Shown: positions 1-10,383 of the stretch, in pieces
Layout of the letters: every line of letters starts with the position of its first letter
Position numbering within the stretch: the first letter of the stretch is position 1
Assembly: GCA_044225505.1 (NCBI GenBank)
Contig: JBGAIN010000001.1
Location: 83,642 to 147,641 of the forward strand
Direction of reading: 5' to 3'
Length of the DNA: 64,000 nucleotides
Source of the DNA: Limisphaerales bacterium
GTDB taxonomy: Bacteria > Verrucomicrobiota > Verrucomicrobiia > Limisphaerales > SIBE01
Position numbers and translations under genes: made by a program
The notes under the pieces: model-generated
Told to the model about the DNA's origin: nothing
The model's input: only the letters and a program-made list of their open reading frames with translations
Databases searched by the model: none

Positions 1-1218
1 GAGGAGAATGGCAGCCGCGGCGGCAAAGGCCGTCCGATGCCGGCGCATTGCTTTATGCAGCCGATAGGCAGGGCTCTGCGGCCTGGCGAGGACCGGTTCC
101 TGGCGTAGGTAGCGATCGAGGTCGGAGGCTAATTCCTGCGCCGTCGAGTAACGGCGAGCGCGGTCCTTCTCCAGGCACTTCATGGCGATCCAATCCAGGT
201 CTCGATCGACCAACATGCTCCCACCGTGCGCCGGCTTGCCGACGATTGCCCGGCGTAGCCGGGCTGAAGGGGTGGGTGGCTCGACCTCCCTGATCGTCCG
301 CCGCATTCCTTCCAGTCCGGATTGAGTCAACTCCTTTGCGTCAAATGGCGTCGTTCCAGTGAGTAACTCGTAGAGCAAGACACCGAGAGAATAGATGTCA
401 CTGCGGGTATCGACGTCCGATCCAGTCATCTCCGCTTGTTCAGGGCTGGTGTAAGCTGGTGTCCCGATGAACGCATGAAAGTTGGTTAAAATGGTCTTGG
501 GCGTTAGCGGTTCTTCGATCGCTTTTGCTATCCCAAAATCAATGACTTTCGGTATCGGTTTTCCATCCTGGTTCGTTACAAGCACGTTGGAGGGTTTCAG
601 ATCCCGGTGAATGACCCCTTTTTGGTGCGCGTGCTGGATGGCTTGGCAGAGTTGAATGAACAGGTTGAGGCGCTCCTTCAGGCCGGTCTGATTCGCCTCG
701 CAGTATTCAGTGATCTGAACTCCCCGAACCAACTCCATCACGAAGTAAGGACGGCCGGTGGGGGTTGCCCCGCCATCAAGCACCCGCGCAATGCTCGGGT
801 GATCCATAAGCGCCAGCGCCTGACGTTCCGCTTCAAATCGCGCCACCACACTCTTGGTGTCCATGCCCAGCTTGATCACCTTAAGCGCAACATGACGCCG
901 AACCGGTTCGCTCTGCTCTGCGCGATAGACCACTCCAAATCCCCCTTCGCCGATCTTCTCGAGTAGTTTGTAGCGGCCAATCGAATCACCAATCCGCTCG
1001 TCGCTGAACGTGAGCTTACCCGAAACTTCCATGGAGTTGCGGAGCAGTCCGGCTTCGCCCAGTTCGAGAAAGGTGTCGGCTTGGTCGTTGGCGAGGAGCG
1101 CCTCTACACCTTCTTTGAGCTTCGGGTCGCCAACAGTCGCACGTTCAATAAAGGCCGCGCGGGCTTCGGGAGAAGGCTGCTCCAGAGCTTCTAGGAAAAT
1201 GTCACGTTCCCGGCTCAT
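1..1218 (-). CDS. Ser/Thr protein kinase (Hanks type), ECF-sigma-associated; 3' end runs off the window
   Basis: Not in the ORF track; hand translation from ATG at 1218 gives MSRERDIFLEALEQPSPEARAAFIERA..., then GEGGFGVV, VALKVIK, HRDLKPSN, IDFGIAK, GTPAYTSPEQ, DLDWIAMKCLEKDRARRY and the start of a hydrophobic segment. Confidence 0.95.
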   Translation of the reverse strand, partial: MSRERDIFLEALEQPSPEARAAFIERATVGDPKLKEGVEALLANDQADTFLELGEAGLLRNSMEVSGKLTFSDERIGDSIGRYKLLEKIGEGGFGVVYRAEQSEPVRRHVALKVIKLGMDTKSVVARFEAERQALALMDHPSIARVLDGGATPTGRPYFVMELVRGVQITEYCEANQTGLKERLNLFIQLCQAIQHAHQKGVIHRDLKPSNVLVTNQDGKPIPKVIDFGIAKAIEEPLTPKTILTNFHAFIGTPAYTSPEQAEMTGSDVDTRSDIYSLGVLLYELLTGTTPFDAKELTQSGLEGMRRTIREVEPPTPSARLRRAIVGKPAHGGSMLVDRDLDWIAMKCLEKDRARRYSTAQELASDLDRYLRQEPVLARPQSPAYRLHKAMRRHRTAFAAAAAILL

Positions 1219-1238
1219 TCATTCGGTTTTCAACATCA

Positions 1239-1276
1239 GGCTGACGTGACAAGCGGAGAAAATGTCAAGAGTCCGC
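1239..1276 (-). promoter_or_regulatory. 38-bp conserved promoter-like motif, copy 1 (upstream of kinase)
   Basis: Minus strand GCGGACTCTTGACATTTTCTCCGCTTGTCACGTCAGCC; same spacing as copies at 5093, 7725, 9935 and 19613. Confidence 0.75.
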
Positions 1277-1289
1277 CAATATCTTGATT

Positions 1290-1859
1290 CTACTCAGGAG
1301 GCTGGCGTTGCTTTTTGACTTCACGCCGAAGCCAGGCCCGGGCGTAAGTCCATAAGCTTTCGGCGGTTCTGAGGGGAAGACCCATCGTTGCTGCGGTCTC
1401 AATCATGCTCATTCCGACGAAATAACGGTATTTGACGAGACTCGCCGCGACGGGGTCCTCCTTAGTCAGCATTTCCAGCGCTTCGTCGATCGCAAGCAGT
1501 TGTTCCGGCGGCATCTGCTGCACCAGTTGATCTTCGTTAAGCTCCACATGAATTGCGCCACTGCCGCGCTTGGCCGCGTGTTTCCGTCGTGCCGAGTCGA
1601 TGAGAATCTGACGCATACCCTCGGCCGCCGCCGAAAAGAAGTGGGCCCGGTTCTCGAAGTGAGGATCGCCCTTTCCGACGAGCTTTATCCAGGCTTCATG
1701 GACCAGAGCCGTCGGCTGAAGTGTATGCCCCGGAGCCTCACTGGCCATCTTCTGGGCGGCAATCCGCTTGAGCTCAGTGTAGACGAGTGAAAGCAACTGC
1801 TCGGCGCATTGCTCATTACCAGCCCTGATCTCCCGCAGGATTCTTGTGACTTCCGACAT
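1290..1859 (-). CDS. ECF sigma factor, TIGR02999/ECF43-like (kinase-associated)
   Basis: MSEVTRILREIRAG...LVYTELKRIA...GHTLQPTALVHEAWIKL...ENRAHFFSAAAEGMRQILIDSARRKHAAKRG...WTYARAWLRRE; lies directly upstream of the kinase. Confidence 0.93.
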   Translation of the reverse strand: MSEVTRILREIRAGNEQCAEQLLSLVYTELKRIAAQKMASEAPGHTLQPTALVHEAWIKLVGKGDPHFENRAHFFSAAAEGMRQILIDSARRKHAAKRGSGAIHVELNEDQLVQQMPPEQLLAIDEALEMLTKEDPVAASLVKYRYFVGMSMIETAATMGLPLRTAESLWTYARAWLRREVKKQRQPPE

Positions 1860-2382
1860 AGCTTGCTTCTAAGACAAACCGGAGAGATGCGGGTTTCACA
1901 AAAGCCCAATCCGGGTTACCCGCGTCGCATTTGGGCCATTGGCTAAGTTAACCCAACCTAGCGCCTGTTCTCACCGATGGAAAGCGAGCGTCGCGCATCT
2001 GTCAGGGGAAAAGGCATCGAAAAACCCGTAACGCGCAGAGACTTAGGTTTGCTACGGTTCAAGCCTCGTGCAGGGCTAGCTGTTTACCGCTGCCTGGGAC
2101 CTCGACGGGCGATCCATCGTGCGGTTACAACGGACGTAGGTAGATGTAAGCTGCGGCTGTTAAGTAAGTTATAAAGAACTGTCAGTAGTGTTGTTTCCTG
2201 ACGATGCGGGCCGGATGCCCTGAGCTATTCCCTTGCTGCAACTGCGACAGCGGTTCCGGGAGTCCCGCACGAACCGGGCAGGCTAGGCGCAAGCCTAGGT
2301 CACACCCGCGTGCGTTTAGAAGCTGAGAGGAATCACGTGGCCATCCGATTTCAACGCGATGGCAAGGCCAGGAATCGATTAG

Positions 2383-4014
2383 TCATCGTTTCTCCCGGAC
2401 TTTTATAAAACGCGCTCGTTCGGCCAGCAGCGGCACTCGGGTTCGCAGGACCTGGTCGATTGCGGCGATTGGCTCCGTCAGCGTGCTCCAATCTGCCTCG
2501 ACCGCGTGGATGTCACTGCTATAAATCAGCTCAACGCGATTCGCATGATTTGCATCCAGCGGAGCGCCGGTGGTCGATTGCACAGAAAGCTCGACAAAGG
2601 CGTCGCCGACCTTCAAGGCGGCAATGGCAAGAGGTGGAAGCGCGGCGGTGGGCAGAGAAACGTCCAGGGCGACGATTTCGGCGTCGACCGCAGAGTTTCG
2701 GGCGTAGATTCGTCCGTTTGAAAGCACAGGACGATTCCAGCAGTAAAGGCTCAAGACCTTGAGCCTGGCCGTTTCTGTGTAGGCCAGGGGGTTTGTTTCA
2801 ACAAGCACAAGCTCCCCTGTCTCGGTTAGAACGATCAATGTGTTGGCGGCCTTGATAACGCTGCCATAAGAAATCGCAGCCGATCCGACAACCGTTTGAT
2901 CCCAGCGATTAATTCCCGTGGTGGCATCTAAACAGGCGAGGCGGCCCTGGCCAGTGTTCGGAGCCGGCACGGCGTAGAAAAACCCTTGATGAGACACGGG
3001 CGTCGCCCAATGGGCTTGATAACGAGTGCCGGTCTGACGGCCAGATTGAGTCGCGGAGAATGTGTCACCGGTCTTGGCGACGTGCGCTATCCAAGTACCC
3101 GAACCATAGGCTGCAGAAGCATAAACATACTCGCCAGCTACCGAAGGGGAAGCCGCCGTGGAAACGGCCGAAGGTGAGAATGAAAGCCGCCACAGCAAGG
3201 CGCCTGTCTCAGGTAAAACGGAGACTAATCCGGCGCGCGTCAGGAAGATGATTTGAGATACGCCATGAAGGGTAGAGTGAATGGGAGTGGCGTGGGTCAG
3301 TCCGTCAGGCAGATTGCTCCAGACGGTCGTTCCGTCCGTTTTATTCAGCGCCATGAGGCGGCGGGAGCCGGCGTTTGAGTTTACAAAAATGAGGTTACCC
3401 ACCAAGAGGGGGGAAGCAGCGTTTTCCCATCCGATATTTTGGCTGCCGAGTTCCGCCTGAAAATCGCGGCTCCAGACAATACTGCCATCCGTCACTTTCA
3501 GGCAGAAGAGCTTCAGTTGTGAAGTGGACACATAGACGAAATCTCCTTCGACGGTTGGCGTCGACCTGGGCCCATTGGCTCGCTGGTCGGCTTGCGCGAT
3601 GTCGTCATAGTCAGCGATATCGACGTCTCGCGCCCAGAGTTCTGTCCCGGACGTCGCGTCGAGCGCAATACAAAATTCGCGGCTTCCGCTGTCAGTCTCT
3701 CGCCTCTCCTGGGTGAAGAGGCGGCCATTGCTGACGGAGATCGAACTCCATCCCGGCCCAATTGACTTGCGCCATAGGACTTGCGGAGGATCCGTCGCCC
3801 AATTAGTTCGAATACCCTCCGGCGAGGTGTTGTCGCCGAGCGGCCCGCTGTACTGTGGCCACTCAGCCGCCAGCACCGTCCAACCGACGACGCCAATAGA
3901 AATGCACGGAACAAGCAGGCCTGTCCATACGGAATGCAAACAAGTTGCCACATTGTTGGCTGCTGCTGGCCTCGACTCGTAGTCAGCAAAACGGAACCGG
4001 GAGAGGATCTTCAT
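2383..4014 (-). CDS. Secreted PQQ-binding-like beta-propeller protein with C-terminal sorting-like domain
   Basis: AAEWPQYSGP, GPRSTP, ALDATSGTELW-type repeats and CWNRPVLSNGRIYARN; extra ~90-aa tail ending RARFIKVREKR. Start placed at MKILSR (4014) rather than 4125. Confidence 0.85.
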   Translation of the reverse strand: MKILSRFRFADYESRPAAANNVATCLHSVWTGLLVPCISIGVVGWTVLAAEWPQYSGPLGDNTSPEGIRTNWATDPPQVLWRKSIGPGWSSISVSNGRLFTQERRETDSGSREFCIALDATSGTELWARDVDIADYDDIAQADQRANGPRSTPTVEGDFVYVSTSQLKLFCLKVTDGSIVWSRDFQAELGSQNIGWENAASPLLVGNLIFVNSNAGSRRLMALNKTDGTTVWSNLPDGLTHATPIHSTLHGVSQIIFLTRAGLVSVLPETGALLWRLSFSPSAVSTAASPSVAGEYVYASAAYGSGTWIAHVAKTGDTFSATQSGRQTGTRYQAHWATPVSHQGFFYAVPAPNTGQGRLACLDATTGINRWDQTVVGSAAISYGSVIKAANTLIVLTETGELVLVETNPLAYTETARLKVLSLYCWNRPVLSNGRIYARNSAVDAEIVALDVSLPTAALPPLAIAALKVGDAFVELSVQSTTGAPLDANHANRVELIYSSDIHAVEADWSTLTEPIAAIDQVLRTRVPLLAERARFIKVREKR

Positions 4015-4046
4015 AGGTCGCAAGAATTGCTGCTTCGATCGTTTGT

Positions 4047-4814
4047 TTACCAAAGTCCAAAAGCTCCGTCCGATTCCCACAATCGGGAGGCCCGATAGGC
4101 TCGCATCTGCTTGATGTCGCGCCACGAGGCGGAACCGTCGAGCAAAGCCACATTGCCTCCCTTCGCGCCGATATCCGGCGGCCTTTCTTGAGTCGCATGA
4201 TCGTTCGCATCGAAGTAGCCCTCTTCCTTTACCACCGGACCGCGGGCGGTGTGCGGCGCAAGGATGCGCTGATAGCTAGGAGCCCAAACGTTCAAGTCCG
4301 CGACCAACGGCAATGTCGGATCATCGTCCGTTTTCTGGGGTGAAATCCAACGATTGGTCATACCGGCGACTGGCTCCCAAGGTGTTCCTCCGTGGCCTGC
4401 CAGGTAGTGGTAGCCAATGGCGATCCCATACGTGTCGTGCGTTCGCCAGCCTTCGCCTTTCGTCATCCACTGCGCCAGGCTCGGACAGTCGACCGCCTTC
4501 AAGTCGCCGGCATAACGCAGCAGATTTGTTTTCGCCAGCAAGGAAAAGATGGGCGTGTGCGTATCATCGGGATTACGGTTATCCGTGCCACCAGCTAAAA
4601 GTTTTTCCTGGTTATCACCCGCATATATGTGCACGGACAGGAGGAGTTGTCGCTGATTGTTTAAGCATGTGATGCGTTTGGCTCGCTCCTTGGCGTTGCT
4701 TAGGGACGGCAGCAGCAACGATGCGAGGATGGCGATGATGGCAATCACCACGAGAAGTTCGATCAGTGTAAATCCACGATAAATCGTGAGCATGCTCTGG
4801 TGATTGGATTTCAT
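4047..4814 (-). CDS. Prepilin-type N-terminal cleavage/methylation protein (PVC DUF1559-like, H...GGNVALLDG)
   Basis: [42 protein letters not shown]-terminal [22 protein letters not shown]-like sequence before ATG at 4814. Confidence 0.9.
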   Translation of the reverse strand: MKSNHQSMLTIYRGFTLIELLVVIAIIAILASLLLPSLSNAKERAKRITCLNNQRQLLLSVHIYAGDNQEKLLAGGTDNRNPDDTHTPIFSLLAKTNLLRYAGDLKAVDCPSLAQWMTKGEGWRTHDTYGIAIGYHYLAGHGGTPWEPVAGMTNRWISPQKTDDDPTLPLVADLNVWAPSYQRILAPHTARGPVVKEEGYFDANDHATQERPPDIGAKGGNVALLDGSASWRDIKQMRAYRASRLWESDGAFGLW

Positions 4815-4825
4815 AAGTGCTGTCT

Positions 4826-4935
4826 TCCCTTCCTTAACTGGGACGAGCGGTTCGTAGCGCTGGTTACGACTCTTCCGCGTGTGCGCGCAGGCGCACATGA
4901 AAACGGGATGCCGCTTTGAAACAGCGGTTGGTCCA
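4826..4935 (-). repeat. ~110-bp duplicated leader, copy A (ECF-like GTAACC-N16-CGTC plus TGTGCGC-N4-GCGCACA palindrome)
   Basis: Aligns with 7476-7585; shared blocks include TTAAC.GGGACG, GGTTACGACT, GTGTGCGC and GCACATG. Confidence 0.75.
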
Positions 4936-5092
4936 GTTGCTGGATATCCATTCCCACAAGAAAGCGTGCGGTTGATCATCAGCGGGGAGGGCTTCCGGGT
5001 TGAGCCTTGGATCGCTAGCGGCCTTGCCATCCAAACGCGGACCGCCTCCGGCAAAGACTGCTCCCGGGTTACTAGATCGAGTTCCGACATGT

Positions 5093-5130
5093 GGCTGACG
5101 TCACAAGCGGACAATCGGGGGGAAGTCCGC
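5093..5130 (-). promoter_or_regulatory. 38-bp promoter-like motif, copy 2 (upstream of prepilin gene)
   Basis: Minus strand GCGGACTTCCCCCCGATTGTCCGCTTGTGACGTCAGCC. Confidence 0.75.
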
Positions 5131-5407
5131 TAAACTCTTCTCTAAATTTAATCCGGGTCCCGAGCGTCGCTTCGTCAGTCTCTCTCCTCGAACCGGAAGG
5201 CAAAGAACTCCCTGGTTTCTGGCACGCTGAGCTACAACACGTTCCGTTTTCGTCGCCAATCGACCCCGGCCCCGCTTGACCGTGTGTCGATGCACCGCGC
5301 CTGAGTTCGCGCTATCGCAGACCCGATTAAGCGGCGGCATGCTCGTGGGACGATCTGGTGGCTCCCGACGGAGGTACCCCTCTCCCGAAGCACTTCAAGA
5401 ACTCAGG

Positions 5408-7393
5408 TCATGGGGCCGAGACTCGCAGTCGGAGAAATCGTGCCTTCACATTCTGAATCGGCGTGTTATCACGCAGGACGAGCTGGGTGGGTGTCTCGGT
5501 GATAGTAACAGTCCCCTCCGGAAGAGTTGTCCACATAAGCAGATCCGTGGAAATCTCCAGCGTATAATTAGTGTCGGGTGCCGGAGTGGAACGGGTGACG
5601 GTCACTAGCAGATAATTCTGGCCAGCCGCTTCGATGATGCTCCCAGAGAGAAGGGGTCCTGAATCGGGTGTCTCATAGGCAATTCGCCAGATCGTGCCAT
5701 TGGCATCCTCAGTCACCAGCAAAGCACCATCGTGTGCGACGGTGACGCCGACCGGCCGTCCCCAAACATTGCGGTCGCTTGTGACAAAGCCTGTTAGAAA
5801 ATCATCATATCGACCGGTCGGCACCCCATCGTTCAACAGGATTCGAACAACTTTGTATCCGGTGCGGGTTGCGCGGTTCCATGACCCATGCAATGCCACA
5901 AACGCGTCGCCGTGAAACTGCCGAGGGAAAGCGGCCGGACCATTGTTGGTCGGATAGAATGTCATCTGCAAAGACGCGGAATGTGCCTGTTCCAGCACGT
6001 CGGGAACGATTGCCTTGCCAGCCAAATCCGGCCGTTCGCCCGCATGACGGGGATCTTCCAAGCTCCCCATATAATACCACGGCCAACCGTAGAAGCCGCC
6101 TTCTTTGACGCGAGTGACGTAGTCCGGCACTAGGTTGTCGCCTAAGCCATCCCGTTCGTTTGTAGAGACCCACAGGTCACCGGTCCTCGGATGAATGGCG
6201 AGTCCCACGGGGTTACGAATTCCAGTTGCATAGGGGCGCAGCGGTTGACTCCCTTCCGGGTCTGTTACCAGAATATTCGCGCGATGCGTATCGGGACCCC
6301 ACGCTGCTCCCAAGCCATGCTCCGCTTCCCATGCCGTGACTTCGGTTGGATTCTTTCGCGCCATCTGTTCTCCAATGTTTGAACTCGACCCGACGGCAAT
6401 AAACATCTGCGTGCCGTCTTTGGAGAAGACGACATCCCGCGTCGTGTGCCCGCCGGTGGTGTCGCTCAATCTCGGAATAACAATTTGGGGGGCGTCGGAT
6501 GCCGCCAGGTCTCCGTTGCGATACGGAATTCGCACCACCGAGTTATTGAGAGCAATGTAGAGCCAGCGCGGATCGTCCCCGGCTGGATAGAACGCTATCC
6601 CGAAAGGCTGGGCCAATCCTTGAGCGAAAATCTTATTGGTGGATGGCAGGTCAGCTCCATCTTCGGTCCGTATGATTCGGATGCGGTTTCGCGCCGTTTC
6701 CGACACGAAAATATCCCCATTAGGCGCTACCCGCAACAGTCGGGGATTGCTCAGGTTCGACGCAAACTGCTTCACGGTGAACCCCGCGGGCACAGACAAA
6801 GTGGCAGTGGTCGGCCGCGCTACGACGGTGGGGAAATTGCCTGCCGATGGAGTGGCATACGGTGCGGGCAAGTCGGCGACGGCGATGAAATGTTGAGCCC
6901 CGGGCGCTTCTTGCCGCCAGTCATCCGGGTCGAGACCAGTGACCGTCGGTAGTTTGTCCAAGTCAACGCCCTCTGGGACTAGAAGGGTTGCCAGATAAGC
7001 CGTCACGTCCGCGCGCGTGCTCGCGTCGGGAACCGAAACCAGCATGGTCGTGCCTGGAACCGCCGTCGTCGGACTGATCAAATATTGATCGAGCGTTGCC
7101 ATGTTCCACAACAGCCCTGAATCCTTAAGGGCTTGCGTGAAGCCGAAGTGCGGGCTTGTTCCCGCCTTCCGGCCCATCACACCAACCAGGGTCGGACCTT
7201 GCTTTATCACCACGGTATTGTCCGGGCCGAGCTTGGTGCTGTGGCAAAGAGCGCAACTCGTCTGAAAAAACTGCTCCCCGCTCTGCGCGTCGCCGGCTTG
7301 GTTGCCTTCCGCCGTCGCCATCCTCGCACCAACTGCAAACGAAAGGCTGGCGATCGAGATCCACTTTGATGGCAGTGTGATTCTCTTCATCAT
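5408..7393 (-). CDS. Secreted cytochrome c + PQQ-dependent glucose/L-sorbosone dehydrogenase fusion with C-terminal sorting-like domain
   Basis: Signal peptide; CALCH and PGTTM (class I cytochrome c); GIRNPVGL, NERDGLGDNLVPDY, ALHGSWNR and WGRPVGV (sorbosone DH family); tail YTLEISTDLLMW...ARFLRLRVSAP. Confidence 0.9.
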   Translation of the reverse strand: MMKRITLPSKWISIASLSFAVGARMATAEGNQAGDAQSGEQFFQTSCALCHSTKLGPDNTVVIKQGPTLVGVMGRKAGTSPHFGFTQALKDSGLLWNMATLDQYLISPTTAVPGTTMLVSVPDASTRADVTAYLATLLVPEGVDLDKLPTVTGLDPDDWRQEAPGAQHFIAVADLPAPYATPSAGNFPTVVARPTTATLSVPAGFTVKQFASNLSNPRLLRVAPNGDIFVSETARNRIRIIRTEDGADLPSTNKIFAQGLAQPFGIAFYPAGDDPRWLYIALNNSVVRIPYRNGDLAASDAPQIVIPRLSDTTGGHTTRDVVFSKDGTQMFIAVGSSSNIGEQMARKNPTEVTAWEAEHGLGAAWGPDTHRANILVTDPEGSQPLRPYATGIRNPVGLAIHPRTGDLWVSTNERDGLGDNLVPDYVTRVKEGGFYGWPWYYMGSLEDPRHAGERPDLAGKAIVPDVLEQAHSASLQMTFYPTNNGPAAFPRQFHGDAFVALHGSWNRATRTGYKVVRILLNDGVPTGRYDDFLTGFVTSDRNVWGRPVGVTVAHDGALLVTEDANGTIWRIAYETPDSGPLLSGSIIEAAGQNYLLVTVTRSTPAPDTNYTLEISTDLLMWTTLPEGTVTITETPTQLVLRDNTPIQNVKARFLRLRVSAP

Positions 7394-7475
7394 ATTGGTG
7401 ATTTGTAAAACCGTGGAGGTTTGAAGCAAAACTTTCGAGGTATTGGTTGCGCCGGTGAGCCCATCGCGATTAGAT

Positions 7476-7585
7476 CCCCTCCGTTAACAGGGACGGTCGG
7501 CTGGTGGCAACGGTTACGACTGTTGCGAGTGTGCGCCCAAATGCACATGGAAGAAGGGGCCCGCGTTAATCGAATGTTGGACCCA
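7476..7585 (-). repeat. ~110-bp duplicated leader, copy B
   Basis: Homologous to 4826-4935; GTAACC-N16-CGTC at 7517-7492 and imperfect palindrome TGTGCGC-N4-ATGCACA at 7530-7547. Confidence 0.75.
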
Positions 7586-7724
7586 TGGCTTGATCGCCTC
7601 CTGCTCGAGAACGTCGGCAGCGACGACGCCATCCATAAAAAAGATAGCCCTTTTGAGAGCAACTGCTCCAGGACATAGAGAAACTCTCCTCGATCTCGAA
7701 TAAATGGACTGAGTTGGGACATCT

Positions 7725-7762
7725 GGCTGATGTCACAAGCGGACAATCACACCAAAGCCCGC
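7725..7762 (-). promoter_or_regulatory. 38-bp promoter-like motif, copy 3 (upstream of dehydrogenase gene)
   Basis: Minus strand GCGGGCTTTGGTGTGATTGTCCGCTTGTGACATCAGCC. Confidence 0.75.
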
Positions 7763-7926
7763 CGATCTTTCGCAAGATCTGACCAGGTTGCCGACCGGTG
7801 ACCGTCCCTCTGCAGGACCGATCCTCCCCGGGCGTAGCATTTTCATCTACACGCACTCCACTACTGTCACGCTGGATCGTGGCCTTTCAGCGCCTAAACG
7901 ACCAGAGGTTTACTATCCTGACGACC

Positions 7927-9882
7927 TCACGGACCTAAGCGGAGTCTATAATACTTGGACGCGGCAGGCATATTCACCGCGGCCCCAACATCAAGGTAGT
8001 TCGTTGTTGTGAGATAATTACCGAGCGGGACAACCCTCTGGCCCAAATCGGTAAAACTGCGCCCGTCGATACTCGAGGCGACCTGCAAATGGTTCGTCGT
8101 TCCGCCTTGGGTGGTCCAAGTGACAAGAATGTCGCCGCCTTGCCGCGTGATGGTAGAGAAACGAAATGGTGTTGAATTTGGATCCGTCGGGTCGGTGCTG
8201 GCCTGATACTCGGCAGTGTTGTTCATCCCGTCGCCGTCCGGGTCGCCATTGGGACCGCCCCGGGGAAGCAGCTCGATGCCTTCGTTTCTGCCTAGATTAC
8301 GGGAGTAAAGCCTCTCTACGGCGTTGTTCCAGTGCTCGTGGACACCGAGACTGGCCAGGAGAGACCCGGTGCTGCCAGGGTCGTAAGAGCTGCCTGAGGG
8401 AGGGTTGCCTGCCTGGGCACTTTCGTGGAGGTAGTTGTCCACACCTTGGCCGCTACAGTTGTTGGCCATGAGCGGTTCATTCCGAAGGATGTCTACCAAA
8501 ACGGAATCAAGCGCGACGGGGTCCTGCGACGCTAGCACGCTGGCAGTCCAATTAGTGCCAAAGGACCGGAAGCGGAGCACCGTGGTGATGGCATTGTCGG
8601 AACCATAGAGACCGTCCACCAGGAACAGGAGCGTCTTCCTGCCGAGTTGCGGGTGGCCCAGGAGGTCGACAATAGGGTTGTAGGTGCCCATCGGATTATC
8701 GCGCATACCGAAGTTGTGCAGAGGTGAGGGCGTCCAGCCACCATTCCATGGGAAATAATTGGCATTCGCCCGCCAACAGACCGAGCCAAACCAGTTTTTG
8801 CCGCACCCGGTCATGCCGAACATGCTGTGCGCCGAGAGCAGAGCCAAATCGATCAGGTATTTGGCTTCGGTCACGCAGGTGGGCGGATAAGCCGTCGCCT
8901 GGTTAGCAGGACTCACGCTTGGATCGGCGAAGTGGATGGGATAGGCCGGGTCATAGACCGCACCAATGCGACCGTTGCGCGTGGTGTTGGCAACGAACCT
9001 CACGTTCTGAAAATTCGGGTCTGCATCGCCGTGGATCCGGTTGTAGAGCGGGTCGGCGATGGCCCGCGAGGCGTCATAAACCGTGACATTTGATCCGGAG
9101 ACATGCACCGTGTCGAAGAGTTGGGCCAGCAGGGCATGAAGCATCTGCGGACTTGGCATGCGACCATTGCCACTGTACGCCGGCCCGTATCCCTCTTCGT
9201 TCAGGTTAATTTTGATGGCGATCTTTTCGCCACGCTGGTAGCCAACGTCACCAGCACCGTGTGTGCGATTAAAATGGCGAAGGAGGGCGTCCCAGGCGGC
9301 CTTATCATTCTGCTCCGCCGTCAAAGTCCGCAGCGCATGCGAGAGCATTTTATCCACCGCATGTTGATCCAGGTTCTGCTCGTCCCACCAGTGACCAGTC
9401 CTGCCATCCCACTTCGTTGAGTTTGGATCGTGCACCCAAACGACTCGCCCCGGATGGATGCCCTTACCGAGGCCGATCGGGTTATTGGCTGGATCGCTCG
9501 GAACGAAAGCCGCACGAGCACCGGTGATGGTGGGCACCCAACAAATAGCTGCCAGCCCCACCGCTACCGCCGCGAAAAGTCCAGCAGCTAAGTAGCGGCC
9601 TCGTCCCGCCAGACGCTTGGCCTTGCAGTAAGCCAGACTCGACACGCCCACGGCGGTCAACCACACAATGAAACCACTCGCGATGGGAAAGGCGGCCCGC
9701 TGGCAGGGATAGCTAGCCCGCGCGGGCTTGGGGATCACACGGATCAGGAACCACAGCAGCGACACCAGTCCCATGAAAGGCATTGTCCAAGGCGCCCAGC
9801 GGTATGCCCTTTCGCTCCCGAGCAATCGACCGGTTTTCGGGTAGGTCTTCGTGGCACTCGTATCTTTTATTAAAAACTTCAT
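7927..9882 (-). CDS. DUF362-family membrane/secreted protein with DxDxDG Ca-binding motif and C-terminal sorting-like domain
   Basis: SLLWFLIRVIPKPARASYPCQRAA, GIHPGRVVWVHD, KIAIKINLN, ASQDPVALDSV, SLGVHEHWNN; GDPDGDGMNNTAEYQASTDP; tail ending SKYYRLRLGP. Confidence 0.8.
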   Translation of the reverse strand: MKFLIKDTSATKTYPKTGRLLGSERAYRWAPWTMPFMGLVSLLWFLIRVIPKPARASYPCQRAAFPIASGFIVWLTAVGVSSLAYCKAKRLAGRGRYLAAGLFAAVAVGLAAICWVPTITGARAAFVPSDPANNPIGLGKGIHPGRVVWVHDPNSTKWDGRTGHWWDEQNLDQHAVDKMLSHALRTLTAEQNDKAAWDALLRHFNRTHGAGDVGYQRGEKIAIKINLNEEGYGPAYSGNGRMPSPQMLHALLAQLFDTVHVSGSNVTVYDASRAIADPLYNRIHGDADPNFQNVRFVANTTRNGRIGAVYDPAYPIHFADPSVSPANQATAYPPTCVTEAKYLIDLALLSAHSMFGMTGCGKNWFGSVCWRANANYFPWNGGWTPSPLHNFGMRDNPMGTYNPIVDLLGHPQLGRKTLLFLVDGLYGSDNAITTVLRFRSFGTNWTASVLASQDPVALDSVLVDILRNEPLMANNCSGQGVDNYLHESAQAGNPPSGSSYDPGSTGSLLASLGVHEHWNNAVERLYSRNLGRNEGIELLPRGGPNGDPDGDGMNNTAEYQASTDPTDPNSTPFRFSTITRQGGDILVTWTTQGGTTNHLQVASSIDGRSFTDLGQRVVPLGNYLTTTNYLDVGAAVNMPAASKYYRLRLGP

Positions 9883-9934
9883 ACCCTCCCTCTGTTTTCT
9901 CTGGGATTTGATTTTATTAGTAGTTCGAGTATTT

Positions 9935-9972
9935 AACTGCCGTTACATACGCAGAACTTAATTAAAACCCGC
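9935..9972 (-). promoter_or_regulatory. 38-bp promoter-like motif, degenerate copy 5 (upstream of DUF362 gene)
   Basis: Minus strand GCGGGTTTTAATTAAGTTCTGCGTATGTAACGGCAGTT; 25/38 identical to copy 4 without gaps (hand count). Confidence 0.6.
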
Positions 9973-10383
9973 TACGTGGATTTCAATGGCTCGCAGCGTC
10001 ACAATCACTGATGGGCGCTACTCCTCCTCTCGAAGACTTCTCGCCTTTGGCAGCAAACGACTTAGCATTGGGCAGGATCGACGCGAGCCGTCGAATCGCC
10101 TTAGTCCTGACCGACACCACACAACCGGGAGCTCGGTTACTTCCCTAGCTGCTTAGCGCAGCTTCGATGATCAACTTTGAGCAGGTTGTTTTGAGCGGAC
10201 TCTGGGCCACAGCGTTGTCTGGCCTCACAAAATCTAAAATGCTTCAGATCTGGAGTCTGAATCGTGGGCCCATTTGTCGAAGACCGTATTCCTGTGGGGC
10301 TCAAGCCTCTGCCCGCTCGCTGGTTGCGGCTGCCCAGTCCCGGTTCCGGAGCCACGCTCCATGCGCCCAATCCCGTGACACCG

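Noticed and set aside
1861..1900. Possible sixth copy of the 38-bp motif upstream of the sigma gene (GACAAACCGGAGAG)
   Set aside because: Needs a gap and lacks the GCGG end; too weak to call.
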